Shown here: positions 1 to 12,673 of the stretch, one piece after another | Numbering within the stretch: position 1 is the first letter of the stretch | How the letters are laid out: every line of letters starts with the position of its first letter | Source: Neoechinorhynchus agilis | Lineage: Eukaryota; Animalia; Acanthocephala | Assembly (NCBI GenBank): GCA_051530055.1 | Contig: CM121341.1 | Location: 6,240,784 to 6,304,783 of the forward strand | Reading direction: 5' to 3' | Length of the DNA stretch: 64,000 nucleotides | Translations under genes and position numbers: made by a program | The notes under the pieces: generated by a model | Told to the model about the DNA's origin: nothing | The model's input: only the letters and a program-made list of their open reading frames with translations | Database searches by the model: none

Positions 1-17
1 TTTATTCAATCGATTAC

Positions 18-1278
18 ATGCGACCAAACAATCAGCTCAATGAATCTTTTAACTCTGGTGAATCACTGAGGTAAATTTGCCTTTAAAGGAACGCTATCAC
101 ACATTATCTTTAGTAACTCTACCCGCCCGATCGCTTCATCGATCATTGTAGACCAGTCAAACGAATCAATCGATAGTCTAACGTACACCGATATAACAAT
201 CCAAAAGTTCTCTCATCTATGGGTCATTGATAACTTTCATACTTACATCGATGATCCCGTTGAAAGTGTGTGTCTAACAAGTACAACATTCTCACCTCCA
301 AACATATCTTCAACTCGAGAAAAGAATCCCAATAAATTCCGACTCTTATTCTATCCCAAAGAAACTCCAATGTCTCTCAAATTGAACTACATACAAGGAG
401 CCGGTGCCTTGAAAGTCCGGGCAAAGTTCTTTATCATTTCGGACTCCTACGAGAACAATCAAATCGAGATTTCAAATAACGCGAGATTCCACATCTACAA
501 TGGCCCTAGTTATTCGAACTATATGGCGACTTCAAATCCTGTAACATTGAGAGAAGATGTGATCAATAATGCACTTATAACTAACGATCGACTCCGAATT
601 TTATTAAAGATGGAGATAATGGGCTCCCCCAAATCGGAGAGCATTGCCACCGCTTCCATGCATTCGCTGGATACCACCAATTCAAATGTTTCATCCGACT
701 TGAAACGATTGTTTGATTCTGGAGAGTTCGCAGACACAAAGGTGATCGTAAAGTGGCGTGAAAATAACTTGTCCTCTAATTGTTCCGAGTTACTGAACCC
801 GTTTGAATATGAAGACACATTTAATGTACACAAGACTATCCTTGCTGCAAGAAGCCCCGTTTTTAAAGTGATGCTTACAAGTTCATACACAACCGAGAAC
901 CAAAGTGGTCAGGTAAAGATCGAAGAGTTTTCTCCGCATACAATTAACTACTTTCTGGAGTTTCTTTATGCGGGCCAATTGAGTAAATGCGATTGCGATT
1001 ATATTGAACTTTTCCGAGTTGCTGATAAGTACGAGGTCAGCGATCTAAGACTGCTGTGTGAGCAGAAATTGGTTGCGCTGATCAAAAGTGAGAATGCAGC
1101 GGAGATTCTACTTTTAGCCGACTTGTGCCGATCGTCAGTTCTCAAAAACGAAGCAATCGAGTTTGTGGCTCGGCATGTTGATGAAGTCGTTGCGAGTGAA
1201 GGCTGGAGCAAGTACGTTGTTTGCGAACACGAACTTGTCACCCAAGTTCTCAAGTTCACCGGATCATTAATCAACTAA
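18..1278 (+). CDS. MATH-BTB (SPOP/roadkill-like) Cullin3 substrate adaptor; exons 18-70 and 114-1278
   Basis: ATG at 18 and a GT-AG intron at 71-113 join in frame to the 268-1278 ORF. MATH-like start KFSHLWVIDNF; BTB motifs FADTKVIV, FNVHKTILAARSPVF, YLADKYEV-like FRVADKYEVSDLRLLCE; BACK-like tail. Confidence 0.85.
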
Positions 1279-1950
1279 AAATTAGTTTTCATCGTCCGAA
1301 TATGGACGATAGGGTTTTTGTCGAGACCTTACACGTAAACGAGAGTATAAACGCTAATATGTATTTTTGAACCGTACGAAAAGTTGGTGGGAAAGCTCTC
1401 GTTTAGTACACATTGTCCGACTTGTTAGCGATTACGCTCAAGTGAGACGTCCATTGACTCCCATGAATCCTAGAGTTTAATGGTTTTTGATTTTTTGGAC
1501 GTTGAGGGACACACACAATCTTTTATTGAATCCGATATTTCGGCGCCTCACGCCTTCTTCAGGTTCCTTGATAATCTAAAACACACAAAGGGAGTTCACA
1601 AGAGGTCCATGCTCCCTGTCAATTCGTCAGTTTAATTTTAATCCTAGTAACTTTAGTGCTTCTACACCCACAAAAAATCATCGTACTAATGAGAGTAATC
1701 ACATCCTAAAAAAACACAGATCTGAGCATTTTTATCATAAACGTGAAATGTGAAAAGAACATTTGGGCTGCCGTAATGATAAAAGAGCTATGTTTTCGCC
1801 GTAAAATCAACCATTTTTTCACAAGACCGTTTTATTGGAACAGAAACAAACTTGACGATTATAACCAAACGAATCTGTACACACACATTCATACCCGCAT
1901 TACTTTCATATTGCTTCTTTTTTTGTGTTTGCCAACTTTTGTCACCGTTT

Positions 1951-3971
1951 TTAAAGCTCACAGACCCTTAGTATCCGTCCAGCAGCGAGCATCGTTGTAT
2001 GCCTCAGGATAACAAGGGACTTTCGCCGAACAAACTCAGCTTGATGCATAAATCTAACGGTCACTTCGGTAAGACGTAACGTTCGCGTATCTTTCTAATG
2101 AGTTTTTTCTAAAAAAAAGAGTCTTAAAACATGCAGCAAACCTCGTAGAATCCGATGATCTTCGCACTCTTACAAATATTATTTGTGTGCACCATGACTT
2201 CTAGTCCAGAAAGTCTTATAGTCAAGGCCTTCGAAATGTTCCGGCGGAATCTAGGGCGAAATATGACAAGAGCTACGAACTCCATACACAACGGTGGCCG
2301 ATCAGTGGCAAATAGCGTTAGTCCCTAGAAGTGAAATCTCATTTCTGTCATGTTGTAAAAAGCATTTTACCTTTAATTTATATTTATTTGAATCATGCGA
2401 ATATCCACCCAGTGCCACGCTCCCGAACTGACCAGACTGTAGCGCAGAACATGGAACATTATGAGATCGAATCGATTTCACGGTCACTTGTTTGAATTGG
2501 TTACTTTTAAACGGTCCGAGGAAGTACGGTTCATTGTCTACTATGAGTTGTCCTCTGTTGTTGCTGGAAGATGAAGACTGCAAAAAAGAAGAAACTAACC
2601 TTATCATTAGGCCGCTCACAACAATGTCACTCTCGGTCATTTTTAGAAGAGTCAATACTCGGAACCAAGCCCTGGATCGCCGTTTATTCTTTTTTGTGAT
2701 TCGTCGTTTGCGAGCGATTTTCCCCAGAAACATCTTAAGGAGACTTAGGCCACTTTCGCGTACACATGAAAGAGTGAACACCGGCACGATAGGAACCTCG
2801 TTCAATTGATCACTATTCCTTTCGTATCGTGATATCCACGCAGGACTCATGAACATTTCATTGTCATAAATGTTCTTGTTCACCTTCGAAGCAAACAAAT
2901 CAATGTCATCTTCGTCTAGTATCCTCTTTAAAACAACAGCTTGGTTGAAGGAATTGATTATTTGTTCAAGAACGCCATTTTCATTAGGCAGCAAATCACA
3001 TTTGTTCACTATGATGATTAAGGGCTTCCCAAGAAAAGTGAGGAAATGCGGGTCAAGAGGAAACTTTCGCTGGGATATGGCACTGATAACTAGGACGATA
3101 ATGTCTGGATTGTACGACGTGAGACCGTATAGTGCTGTCCGAATGTACTTTTCATGACCAGCCAAATCGATTAGTGTTAGCGTTCGAGCTGCCTCGTTAA
3201 GAAACGGATCCAGCAATAGTCTATTGGATTTGTCCGAACCGATTGTCTCCGTTATTATACTGGACGTACGACCGGAATTTATCTCGTGCCGGTGTTGGAA
3301 CATATGAAATCTTGCACTACCATGACCGTCGTCGGGTCGGTCGCGACTGAGCACACCTAAATCACTTATTATCACCGATATGTATCAATCAACTAACGCG
3401 AGAGAGAGACGTATGTCAGAGGTAGTGTTAATTTCTCGCATTTAACCAATATGACGAAAAGTCACAACTTATCGGATTCGGACTACTTACTTATTAGAGT
3501 ACTCTTGCCGCTTCCCGCTGCACCAACAAAAGCCACTTTGCAGTCATCGAGCCCAATAATTGGTTTCTTTATCAAAACGGACGTTTTTGCCCAATACATG
3601 TTATCATTGAACTTTGTTGACAGTATAACGTGGACTTTTACACTCGCGTTTAGATTAGCAGCCATTTTTCGAAGATTCTGAATACTTCGATCCAACGTTA
3701 GTTTACTCAGTCCCACAACACTGCCTCTGTCGTCCACACCAATCATGTAACCAGCCTCTCCTTTTCCCTCGTGCAAACGCCATTTCATTTGAGTTACCAA
3801 CTCATCGAACCGATCAGCGCTGATTGTGTCCAATTTAAGTTTATACTCCATATTTCCGACCTGTGGTTCCGGCGGTAAACAATCAGCCAGACTTTCACAA
3901 TCCGCTTTGAACCATAGGTCGCCATCAGTGCACTCTTCATCCGGCCCAAACAGATCCGCAAGTGCCGACAT
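1951..3971 (-). CDS. GTPBP2: GTP-binding protein 2 (GTPBP1/2, translational GTPase), multi-exon
   Basis: N-terminal LPPEPQVGNMEYKLKL and VTQMKWRLHEGKGEAGYMIGVDD; P-loop GAAGSGKST; HRHEINSGRTSSI; DLAGHEKY; NKCD. Last exon reads VTVRFMHQAEFV...GRILRVCEL-stop at 1951-1953. Confidence 0.88.
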
Positions 3972-4359
3972 ATTTTTGGTTGCTTAGTAGTCTAAAAAGC
4001 ATTTTAAAGATCGTTTCAATCGAGGGCAAGAAACAACAAGAATACAGTTAAAAAATAAGAATGTCGACTCCTAGCAATACAAACCAGTTTCGTTATACTA
4101 AAATGGAAGAGTATCGAAGGTGTCTATCCATCAAGGTGAAAGACGTGTTGACGTTTTTTGAAGGCCGGAAAAATAAACTCTTTTGATTTTTCAGCAGTTG
4201 GCATGGTCGAGAGTCTTGTGATTCAATACAGAAAAAATACAAATAAACTAAATTCTCTCCAAGGCTTTTGGGTGTGGTTTCAGGGCTTTAAATTCTGTCA
4301 GGGGTGGAAAATTAACAATTATTGATAAAATCCTCAATAGAGAAAATCCTTCGGGTTAG

Positions 4360-4522
4360 TCAAAGTTTATAATTTTGGTGAAAATCCGGCGAGGGGAAAT
4401 ATTTCGCAGAAAGTGTTCTAATGACTGATGAGGCGAAGTTACCCCCTCTGCGAAATATTTCCCCAATAAATCAAATGAGCTATTACCGGGGGATTATGAC
4501 CAAAATAATAAATTAAATTTGA
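4360..4522. repeat. Nested foldback (inverted repeat) element
   Basis: Perfect 18-bp inverted repeat GGGGAAATATTTCGCAGA (4393-4410) / TCTGCGAAATATTTCCCC (4447-4464), plus an outer imperfect pair at about 4361-4388 / 4480-4522. Confidence 0.75.
4423..4470 (+). ncRNA. Degenerate minimal type I hammerhead ribozyme-like motif
   Basis: CTGATGA (4425-4431), extra G, stem II GCGAAG/CTCTGC (5 of 6 pairs), GAAA (4452-4455), ATAT palindromic helix III, then AATAAA (4465-4470). Stem I has only 2 bp. Confidence 0.4.
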
Positions 4523-5254
4523 CGTGAATTATATGGTTGCCATATTGGGTTTTTTTGGCTAGTACTTTGAATTCGACTGATAAATTGAAACAAAATATTT
4601 AGCCGAAAAAATATCATGATTGAGAATAATTTCTTTTAAACATTGTCCTTAATGGATTGAAGTCGACTGATAACCAAAAATTGAATGAAGGACACAGAGT
4701 TTAACACAAATCCACGCTGCTGCTACTTTGCAGCATTTTTAAAGACGATTTAAAAATTAAGCACGTTCAATGAGTAGATTTTTTTAAAGGCGACAGACTG
4801 AATTAAAAAAAATTAGGACTATGGAAAAAATCGCAAGATCGATGATCAAAAAAGAAAAGTCCACACGTTTTTGTTGCAAAGGAAAAGATTTGAATTTTTA
4901 AACAAATGGAGAGTCCAAAGAACCCATTCTTTCAGTTTGTTACAAATCCAACGGTTCTTCGAAGTTGGAGTTTTAGGGACGACACTGCTTGAGACGGTGA
5001 AGTTTCTTTTAAAAATGAATTTCAACTTAGCACGGATTGACTCATTGCTGCCTCTCTTCTTTTTCAAGATACGGAATATTCACTTTTGTTGTTTTTAGGA
5101 TGGATTTTTGTTGTTGTTGTTGTGGACGACTACATCAAATTTTTCCGTTTTTCGAGCATGTAGCCAACCGATAATTGTTTATTTTCAAAATCACACACAC
5201 ACACACCTGCACACTTTGATAACTGAGAAAAAAATTATTGTTTTTTTATGAAAA

Positions 5255-5716
5255 TTACCAATGCCTATAAGGCTCAAAGAAAGCCTCTCGACAGCGAATC
5301 ACGGGGCCACAACTGAAACTCCTTTGTGGTCGACAGATTACTTCGAATGAATTAGGGCGATCTGGTCTTGGTTCGCAAATCTTCGCTGGACAAGGATTAG
5401 TTTGTTCTTGTGGTTGATAAGGAGGCATTGGGCAAATATTCAGAGCATCGTATCGGGTCGAATGACTCGAGAGGACCGGATTACAACAAATCCAAGGATT
5501 AACTCCTTTTTCATACGATGGACAATCGAAGAATGGCACTGCTCGTTGTTCGTAAGGCCGCATCGGTGGCCGATGCAATGTTCGTTGAAGAACCAATGGA
5601 GGCGGCTGCTGGTAACAGATAGTTTGTTGGCACTTCTTCTCAGGACTACAATTGTTCATGGATGAAAGGTTGAAGCAATTTCGAGGCTGGCCACATCTTC
5701 TATTGCCGAAAGTCAT
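5255..5716 (-). CDS. Intronless Cys/Pro-rich orphan protein (153 aa)
   Basis: Clean ATG-to-stop ORF with coding-like composition, rich in C, P, Q and R. No family recognised. Confidence 0.55.
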   Translation of the reverse strand: MTFGNRRCGQPRNCFNLSSMNNCSPEKKCQQTICYQQPPPLVLQRTLHRPPMRPYEQRAVPFFDCPSYEKGVNPWICCNPVLSSHSTRYDALNICPMPPYQPQEQTNPCPAKICEPRPDRPNSFEVICRPQRSFSCGPVIRCREAFFEPYRHW

Positions 5717-5968
5717 AACAATCGATACACTCTAATCTGTCTCTCGCTCTCTAAGGCACAAGTGTCACTTGGCAACGATGTTTTATGGTTTTTTTTTAAA
5801 TTGAGGTCTCCGGTAGAGGAGGGTAAGTTTGAATGTAGATTTAAAGGAAGTAAGCAGCTAGTCGCTTGGTAACTGTGACTGATGTGGCCTCTTTTTTTTG
5901 AATTCAAAAGTGCCTCAATTTCCATGGAAACTGCGCACGTTAGCAAGATTTTCTTACAAGAAGAGCAC

Positions 5969-6202
5969 ATGATGGGCGGCGACTCGGCCAGGAGAAGAAC
6001 CAATGCCAAAAGTAGGCGCAATGCAACAAATCCAAAAAAAGACGGATTATGCAAGTCCGTGGTTTGTGAAAGAGTGAATACAGTTTGCTTTGGAAAACCT
6101 CAAATTGGAGTTATATATTTGCCTATAATAATTGGAATCACAATGCTCATTGTCGCAATATTCAATTTGTCTACTCCGATTAATTTGATCAAATTTATTT
6201 AA
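5969..6202 (+). CDS. Possible small tail-anchored membrane protein
   Basis: ATG at 5969, basic N-terminus (ARRRTNAKSRR) and a C-terminal hydrophobic segment (VIYLPIIIGITMLIVAIF). No family recognised. Confidence 0.35.
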   Translation: MMGGDSARRRTNAKSRRNATNPKKDGLCKSVVCERVNTVCFGKPQIGVIYLPIIIGITMLIVAIFNLSTPINLIKFI

Positions 6203-6586
6203 TTGAATAAAGAATTTTTTGAAAAAAAAAGAAATATGGCGGCTAACGTGGGCTCATTTTCTGAACAGCAGCAAATTAAAAAGAGTTGCCAAGTCTTCAA
6301 AATAGTCGTAATTTCCGATATCTCATTATGATGACTCAAATCGAGTGAGAACGCATTAGAAACGCGACAAAAAAAACAATCGAACATTTTGTATTCGGGT
6401 TTAGAGGTTTCCCAGAAGTGTAAGTAGAGTTGTTATCGTTCTATAATTATAATCTGTGATCGTAGCACGAGCAATAATAGCAGCTATTTGTAGCCTAAAA
6501 TGTATATCCGTTTACTAAAACAATAATCGATGGGTTTTGAATCTGTATACCGTAATTCCTTTTTTAAAAATTCCTTTGGCCAGGAC

Positions 6587-6823
6587 CTAAGCCGAAATCA
6601 ATAGCGTCGTTGCCTTTTTTGCGCCGGGACATTCGTTTTGTACCGCAACGAAGGAAGCGATTGTCGAAAAGAGACGATCTAAGAATAACCGGAAATTCTC
6701 TGCATCTAAACCACAATTTATTAGGTTTTTCATCGCGGTGTGCGAGTGCATAACGTCCGATACTTTATTTTGGTAATTGGCTAACTTAATAATTATGTTG
6801 TAATTAGTTGTTGACAATGACAA
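6587..6823 (-). CDS. Possible exon of an unknown gene
   Basis: 78-codon open frame with protein-like composition and a non-ATG start. Gene structure unresolved. Confidence 0.2.
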   Translation of the reverse strand: MSLSTTNYNIIIKLANYQNKVSDVMHSHTAMKNLINCGLDAENFRLFLDRLFSTIASFVAVQNECPGAKKATTLLISA

Positions 6824-6948
6824 ACCTTGAGAAGATGCCAGAATTGACGAAATATTGGTAATAAATTAGTCAAGGAAAAACCATTTATTTTGCGTCCAAT
6901 GGGTCGACAAAAAAAACGTCGTAACAAAAAAAGACACATTTTTCCCCA

Positions 6949-8171
6949 TTATTGGCACCAATCAAGAACTGTATTATACTCAAATTGCTCCTTTAAAAAA
7001 TGCTCCAACGCATCTAAATAAACTGCGTAGTCGATAACCTTTCCGAATTCCAATCGATGAATGCTTTTTATGACATCTACTAATGGTTTTGGCATACCAG
7101 TACACAGATCCTTGATTCTAACGGCAGATTTCATTTCACGCACAGCCCGGTTTCTTTGTTCCTTAGATCGGAAATGTCTCTTCATTCCCATCCATGGGAG
7201 TCGTCCGGCATACATAAATATTAGGCAGTAAGTAAGAGAAATGAGATCGTCCCTTGGAGTCAACTCACGATATTTCATCGCGTACATGGAAGCGTACCTA
7301 AGAGTTCCGACAATCCCATGTTTCCTTAGTCGAGAACAGGTACGTTGATCTGAATACGATGTGTCATATCGTTTAGCCAATCCAAAATCGATGAGGAAAA
7401 ACCGATCCTTTTGATGATAGCCGGTCGCCATGTTCTCAGGTTTTATATCTCGATGAACGTAGCCTCTTAAATGAACCTTTGATAATATTTTAATGAACTC
7501 ATACGCAATCATTGTAGTAGTAAAAATCGAAAACGTTCCCTCGTGCTCTTCTAGCAATTTTCCCAGATCTTTTCCAACCAAACGCATCGATAAACAATCG
7601 TAGTAGACAGTCTTCAACGCAGAATTAATCTAATCGATAATGCCGATGGTACACGAGATTTTATTAAATTTTAAGTTTGTACTCTTTGCTCAATCTAGTT
7701 TCAAAGGGTGATTTTCATTCTCTCTTTGCAGGAATTTCCGTGGAAAAATAGAGCAGAAAATACGTCTTAGAAAAAACTAGCCCAATCGATTCAGCGCTAT
7801 TATCTTGCATTATCGATCTTATTATTAAAAGCCTTGGTTTCGTGTTCAGAATCTATGTGACTGGAGGTCCGTTCGCGCACTCTGATTTGGCTAAGATAAT
7901 AGACTTTCGGCACTCCTTTAACTCCTCTCAAGTCTTTCAAGACCCTGTGTTCACGTCCGAGGCCGACGGTAGTGTCCGTAGATACCTTGAGCGCTAATTC
8001 TCGACCGGAGGCTACACATCGAAATGTATGACCGAAACTTCCGCCACCGATATACTGGATCACGCGTTCAACAACGTGAGAAGCCTCGATTGCATTGCTA
8101 AGGACGCGAATTCTGTCCGGGGTGCCAAAAGACTGAACGCTGTGACTTTCATTTCGGGGCGACCTAGTCAT
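6949..8171 (-). CDS. Casein kinase 1-family Ser/Thr kinase (divergent), 2 exons
   Basis: Gly-loop IGGGSFG, ALKV, HRDIKPEN, IDFGLAKRY, GTLRYAS and PRDDLISL are CK1/TTBK signatures. Intron at about 7880-7640. Confidence 0.88.
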
Positions 8172-8243
8172 TCAGGGCGTCGCTTTCAGTCAGACTGGAT
8201 ACACTCATACAAAACAAAGGGCTTTATGTTGTTGCCATGGTGA

Positions 8244-11200
8244 TTAAAAATATGAAGGGCGATCGGAATCAAGGTTTAGATCACTGATTCGACGTATTCC
8301 ATCCAGCAAGCACTGGACCTGATACTCCTCTCGTGCTTGTCGAGCATCGCCAATCACATCGAATAATTGCTTAATTCCAATGTTTACTGCAAATCTTTCA
8401 ACACGAGAGGACAAAGGCGAAAATGCGTGCATTAAAAAAAAGACACAATACCAACTTCAATGGATGTTGTAGATACTTTGTGAGTTCCTTCCGGAATTGG
8501 TCTCCATATCCACTCCATTCAATGCTGTCCAACGTACTTAACACTTCTAGTCCTGTTTCGAGATTCCGAAGGTGAATTGTTTGCTTAAACGCCCTATCGA
8601 TTCCAAGTGCCTTCATGACGGCCATTTGAGACGTTGTACCAATCACACAAAGTCTCCTGTCCTAAATCAAAAAAGAGTCAATACTGACAAGGATTCTTGA
8701 TGAGCAGATGCTTCATTTTAACCCGTCTTGATGGTTAGTCCTTTGTGAAATTCAGGCAACGTTGCCGAAAAAAAACAAACATGTTGTATTTTACTGTGAA
8801 AGTAAACAACTACACCCGCCCCGTGTATCTTTGGTTGCCGAAGTATAGTTGGTTGTGCTCTTTCCTCCGATTCAGTTACTATTTAAATATGACTGAGCAG
8901 CTGGAAAGAAGGAATGAGATGGTATTGGTTCGCGATTTGTGCGGTTGTGGGTAATATGGGGAACGAATTGCGGCGCTCTGGAGGGTTTTTCATGGACAGA
9001 AAATCAGCGGAGCAAGTTTTGGCAGCTCTCTTATGGAAAACTAGCTTGCGTAGCTGATTTTATCGATAAATACTTGCGAATGCTATCGTTGTACAAAAAC
9101 TAGTAAACTTTCATTTCGTCGTATGAAAGGGGAACTAAATCGTACTACTGAATTCTCGCTTATTTGGATTACTTTTACCTTTTCAAGGGGTTTCGAGAGC
9201 AGTAACTTGATCGATTGCACCATTAGGTTAGAGAATCGCGGTCCGATTGCAGCGTATTCTAAGGTCATAATTGACAATTCCCCTAGAGTTTAGGCAAACA
9301 AACCTATCATTCCTTCAATATTGTCCAGGATAACGCAACTTGCAGGGGACTTATAAGCATCTAGGAATATCTATTCACACATTCAACGCTAAAGCATAGT
9401 CGTTAGATTGGCTCACTTCTTTTACACTGAGACTTTTGGCAATTTCAGTGAAACCAATCATGTCCACAGGAGTGCACATTTTTACAAATGGAAATTCGGA
9501 TTCCATAGCTGCCTTGCAAGCCATTGCGGTTTTTCCACATCCAATCGGACCTTTTTTTTATTAACGCGAACGTTTTTAAATTTCCTATCGAACCAACCTT
9601 CAATAAGAACACTTGCCAGTGGGCACGATGCATCTTTCAAACATTTTGAAATAACCAAATTCAGTTCCGATTGAACTGAATGAACCACGCTTACGCTCCA
9701 ATCAATGATTCCATTTATCATGTATTTCTCAAGCGCATCATTGCACGCCCCAAACGCCTAGAGGTTAACATACGATAACTTTCATATTATAAAAAATCTA
9801 TACACTGACGGGTTTTACGTCGTTATTAAGACCGTACATAAAATCAGATCGCTTTATTTTCATATTCTTCATTGCGTCTTCATCTAAGACGATCTTCTGG
9901 CCAATAGCAATATATCGATTTATTGCGGTGGACGTTGCTGACTTCACAAGCGCTTCTAATTCTGCACCACTGAAATTCTTAGTAAGATGTGCTAATTCCG
10001 CAATATCCACATCATCCGCCAATTTGTTTGACAATCGCATATTGCGAGTGTGAATGTTCAGAATCTGAACACGCCCATTTAAGTCAGGCAGACCTATAAA
10101 TTAGTAGATCGTTACACAAAGTATTCTTGAGTCCAAGAAAGTTCTGACGCTAAGACTATTTTTTCAATCCAAGTAGTCATGAATAGTTTGACGAATTCGA
10201 AGAAGACGCGTTAATTTCCTTACCGATTTCCAAGTGAACTTCCAAACGTCCTGGTCTCAAAAGTGCCTCATCAATCATATCTTTTCGATTAGTCATTCCT
10301 GAGAGCGTATAGGCAAAATGGTGTGAATCGCGGGTATTCACTCTCACCAATCACAAGTACATTCCTCAATTCGTCTACACCATCAATTTTACTCAGCAAT
10401 TGATTTACAATTGTATCGTGGACACCAGCACCGGTCCCAGCCTTTTTTCGATAGAGACTAAATTATCGGAAACCCAACCAAAACCAACCATAGATCCTCG
10501 TTTCTTACAGATGGCATCGATTTCATCGAATATGATAACGTGCAATGCACTGTAGATCCCACTTTTCTTTTGCTCTTCCTCGGCTTCCGAGAACAATTTT
10601 CGTATGTTGGCCTCTGATTCTCCGACGTACTTGTCAAGAACTTGTGGACCATCAATTATTTTTGCTGGACGAGCAGTCAACATTTTTGATATCTGGCGAG
10701 CCATTAGCGTTTTCCCTGTTCCAGGAGGTCCATACAGCAGGATGCCTTTGACGTGTTTAATCCCAAGTTTTTCTGCGAAGTTTGGCGGACACAGTCGGCT
10801 GGCAAACACCTGCCGGAATATAGCCAGGAATTTGTCATCCACGCCCCCAACACCCAATTGAGTAAAATCGAAGTCAGCGCTTAGTAAAGTAGGTTGATGA
10901 ATGCCGAATTTATTATCGGTGCTAGTTTAAAAAAGAGAGGTTCTGGATACAACAGATTACGCCACCAAACTCACGCAACTGCATCTCCCGATAATTCTAT
11001 TGTTTGTGAAGAAGGTGAATTCACGAAGATGTATAGCGTATTTGGAAAAGAGACACCAACAGTGCCTTCTTTTCCTTCAAGCACTAAAAAGACACAAAAA
11101 TAAGATGCTTATTATCATGCGGAAACTTACAGTTGAGTTTTTTTACGGTAAGTTGCAGTTTTTTTCGATTGGAACTCTTTGGTTCGGTGACTACTACGAG

Positions 11201-11621
11201 CGTCTGACCCACATTAAAGCAAAAATTCGAGAATGTTTGGGACATATGTAAAGAAAGGACGCTTGTGTCCACCACGAGCATTTGGCCACTCTGTTTTTCT
11301 CTATAACGAATACGAACTGACGTCCTGAAGTCTCATACTCACTTTAGAATGACCGGTTTCGTAACATAATCCACTTCGAGCACAACATGACTTACGAACT
11401 CAAAGTCACGACCATTTTGGGCGTACAACTTTAGTTGATATTGTCTCGAAACTTCAGCGCCACACCATCGTCTCTATTTTGGAAACAAACGACACGGGAA
11501 CATTGTGAAGACCAAACCAACCTGAACAACACTAAGACACATCTCTCCTGGTGCTGCTATCCTATGTGACTTTAGAGTAAATACATATCTACCTGTTGGT
11601 CCAGTTAGGAGCTCAGCAAAT
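8244..11621 (-). CDS. NSF: N-ethylmaleimide-sensitive factor (AAA+ vesicle-fusion ATPase), multi-exon; first exon not located
   Basis: N domain [10 protein letters not shown]; D1 [62 protein letters not shown]; D2 [15 protein letters not shown] and VNIGIKQL all match NSF. Confidence 0.95.
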
Positions 11622-11678
11622 CTGTAACGAGAAGGCAACCACGACCAATATTTTGATTAAACAGACAAATAAATTTTG

Positions 11679-11929
11679 TTTTCTTTTAATGAATACTTGA
11701 GCTGTTGTAATTTTAAAATGAAAATCTTTATTTCCGAGAGCGTTCGCCGTCTCACAGCTCTCTTAGGAATCTACAAAGGAGCGCGTTGAGATGTAAAGTG
11801 GGTACTAAAAGACATCAAAACGCAATGTTCGTCTTGTCCATTGAACACTGTCCAATCGCCCGCGGAAAGCTCTCGGAAATATTCTCATTTTAAAAAATTA
11901 CAACAGCTCAAGTATCCATTAAAAGAAAA
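11679..11929. mobile_element. MITE-like element with about 60-bp imperfect terminal inverted repeats
   Basis: 11681-11741 is the reverse complement of 11869-11927 (GCTCTCGGAAAT...TTACAACAGCTCAAGTAT(T/C)CATTAAAAGAA), with few mismatches or indels. Confidence 0.65.
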
Positions 11930-12483
11930 ATTGATCATGCCGCGGGAAAATCAAGTACATATTTCACAAGATCATTAAAGATACGGAAAATAAGCGCATT
12001 TTTTAAAAAGCTTCGATTCTCGCCTAATTAATGATGTGCAAAATAATAGTCGTAGACGGCTTATTTGAAAAAGGCAAGATAATAAGTTTATTCGACTTTT
12101 ATTTTGCAATGTATCCGCTGGTTTAAAATAGAACAAAGTATTCGGGAGAGGTCGACTAAGCCGATTTCTTAAACTGTCGCTGGTGCAAAGGAACATATTA
12201 AAGAATTTTCTTAAAATTTTACAAACCACTGTTTAACTCTTTTTGTATGATGATATTAACCTAAATTTTAGTGCAAATTGTGTTTCCGCCCGGCCCTCAA
12301 CCCGGTTACCCATTAGGAACTAGGAAAATGCCCAGAAATATATTGTCATTGATGAAGAAAGCAAATTGAAGTATTTGTTATTTCATTACTTTCTTTGTTT
12401 AAACCAACAATTGCAACTGTTCTCTTTCGCTAAGATACGTTTTGAGAATGCTTGATGATTTTCAGTTTCAATTAGTGATGTTT

Positions 12484-12673
12484 GATTCCGAAATAGATTT
12501 ATATTGAAAATTTTCGGCCTTTTTGTTTTTTAAAAACTTACGACTCTTCTTCGTGGACGGTGGTGATTGTTGAAACGTTTAACAAAAAATCTCTATTTTC
12601 TAAAAAAAATCAATTGACTGAAGAAGGTCAACGAAAAGGCCGAAAAGTTTCAATATAAATCTATTTCTGAATC
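12484..12673. repeat. Foldback element with about 43-bp inverted arms
   Basis: GATTCCGAAATAGATTTATATTGAAAATTTTCGGCC (12484-12519) pairs with GGCCGAAAAGTTTCAATATAAATCTATTTCTGAATC (12638-12673). Confidence 0.8.
12613..12654 (+). ncRNA. Minimal type I hammerhead ribozyme motif (Penelope pLTR type)
   Basis: Stem I ATTGA/TCAAT (5 bp), CTGAAGA (12618-12624), extra A, stem II GGTC/GGCC, GAAA (12642-12645), zero-loop helix III, cleavage triplet GUU. The inverted arm preserves the AATT palindrome version of helix III. Confidence 0.65.

Noticed and set aside
8755-8770. GGCAACGTTGCC-GAAA hairpin in an NSF intron
   Set aside because: There is no upstream ribozyme core; it is a simple 12-bp palindrome.
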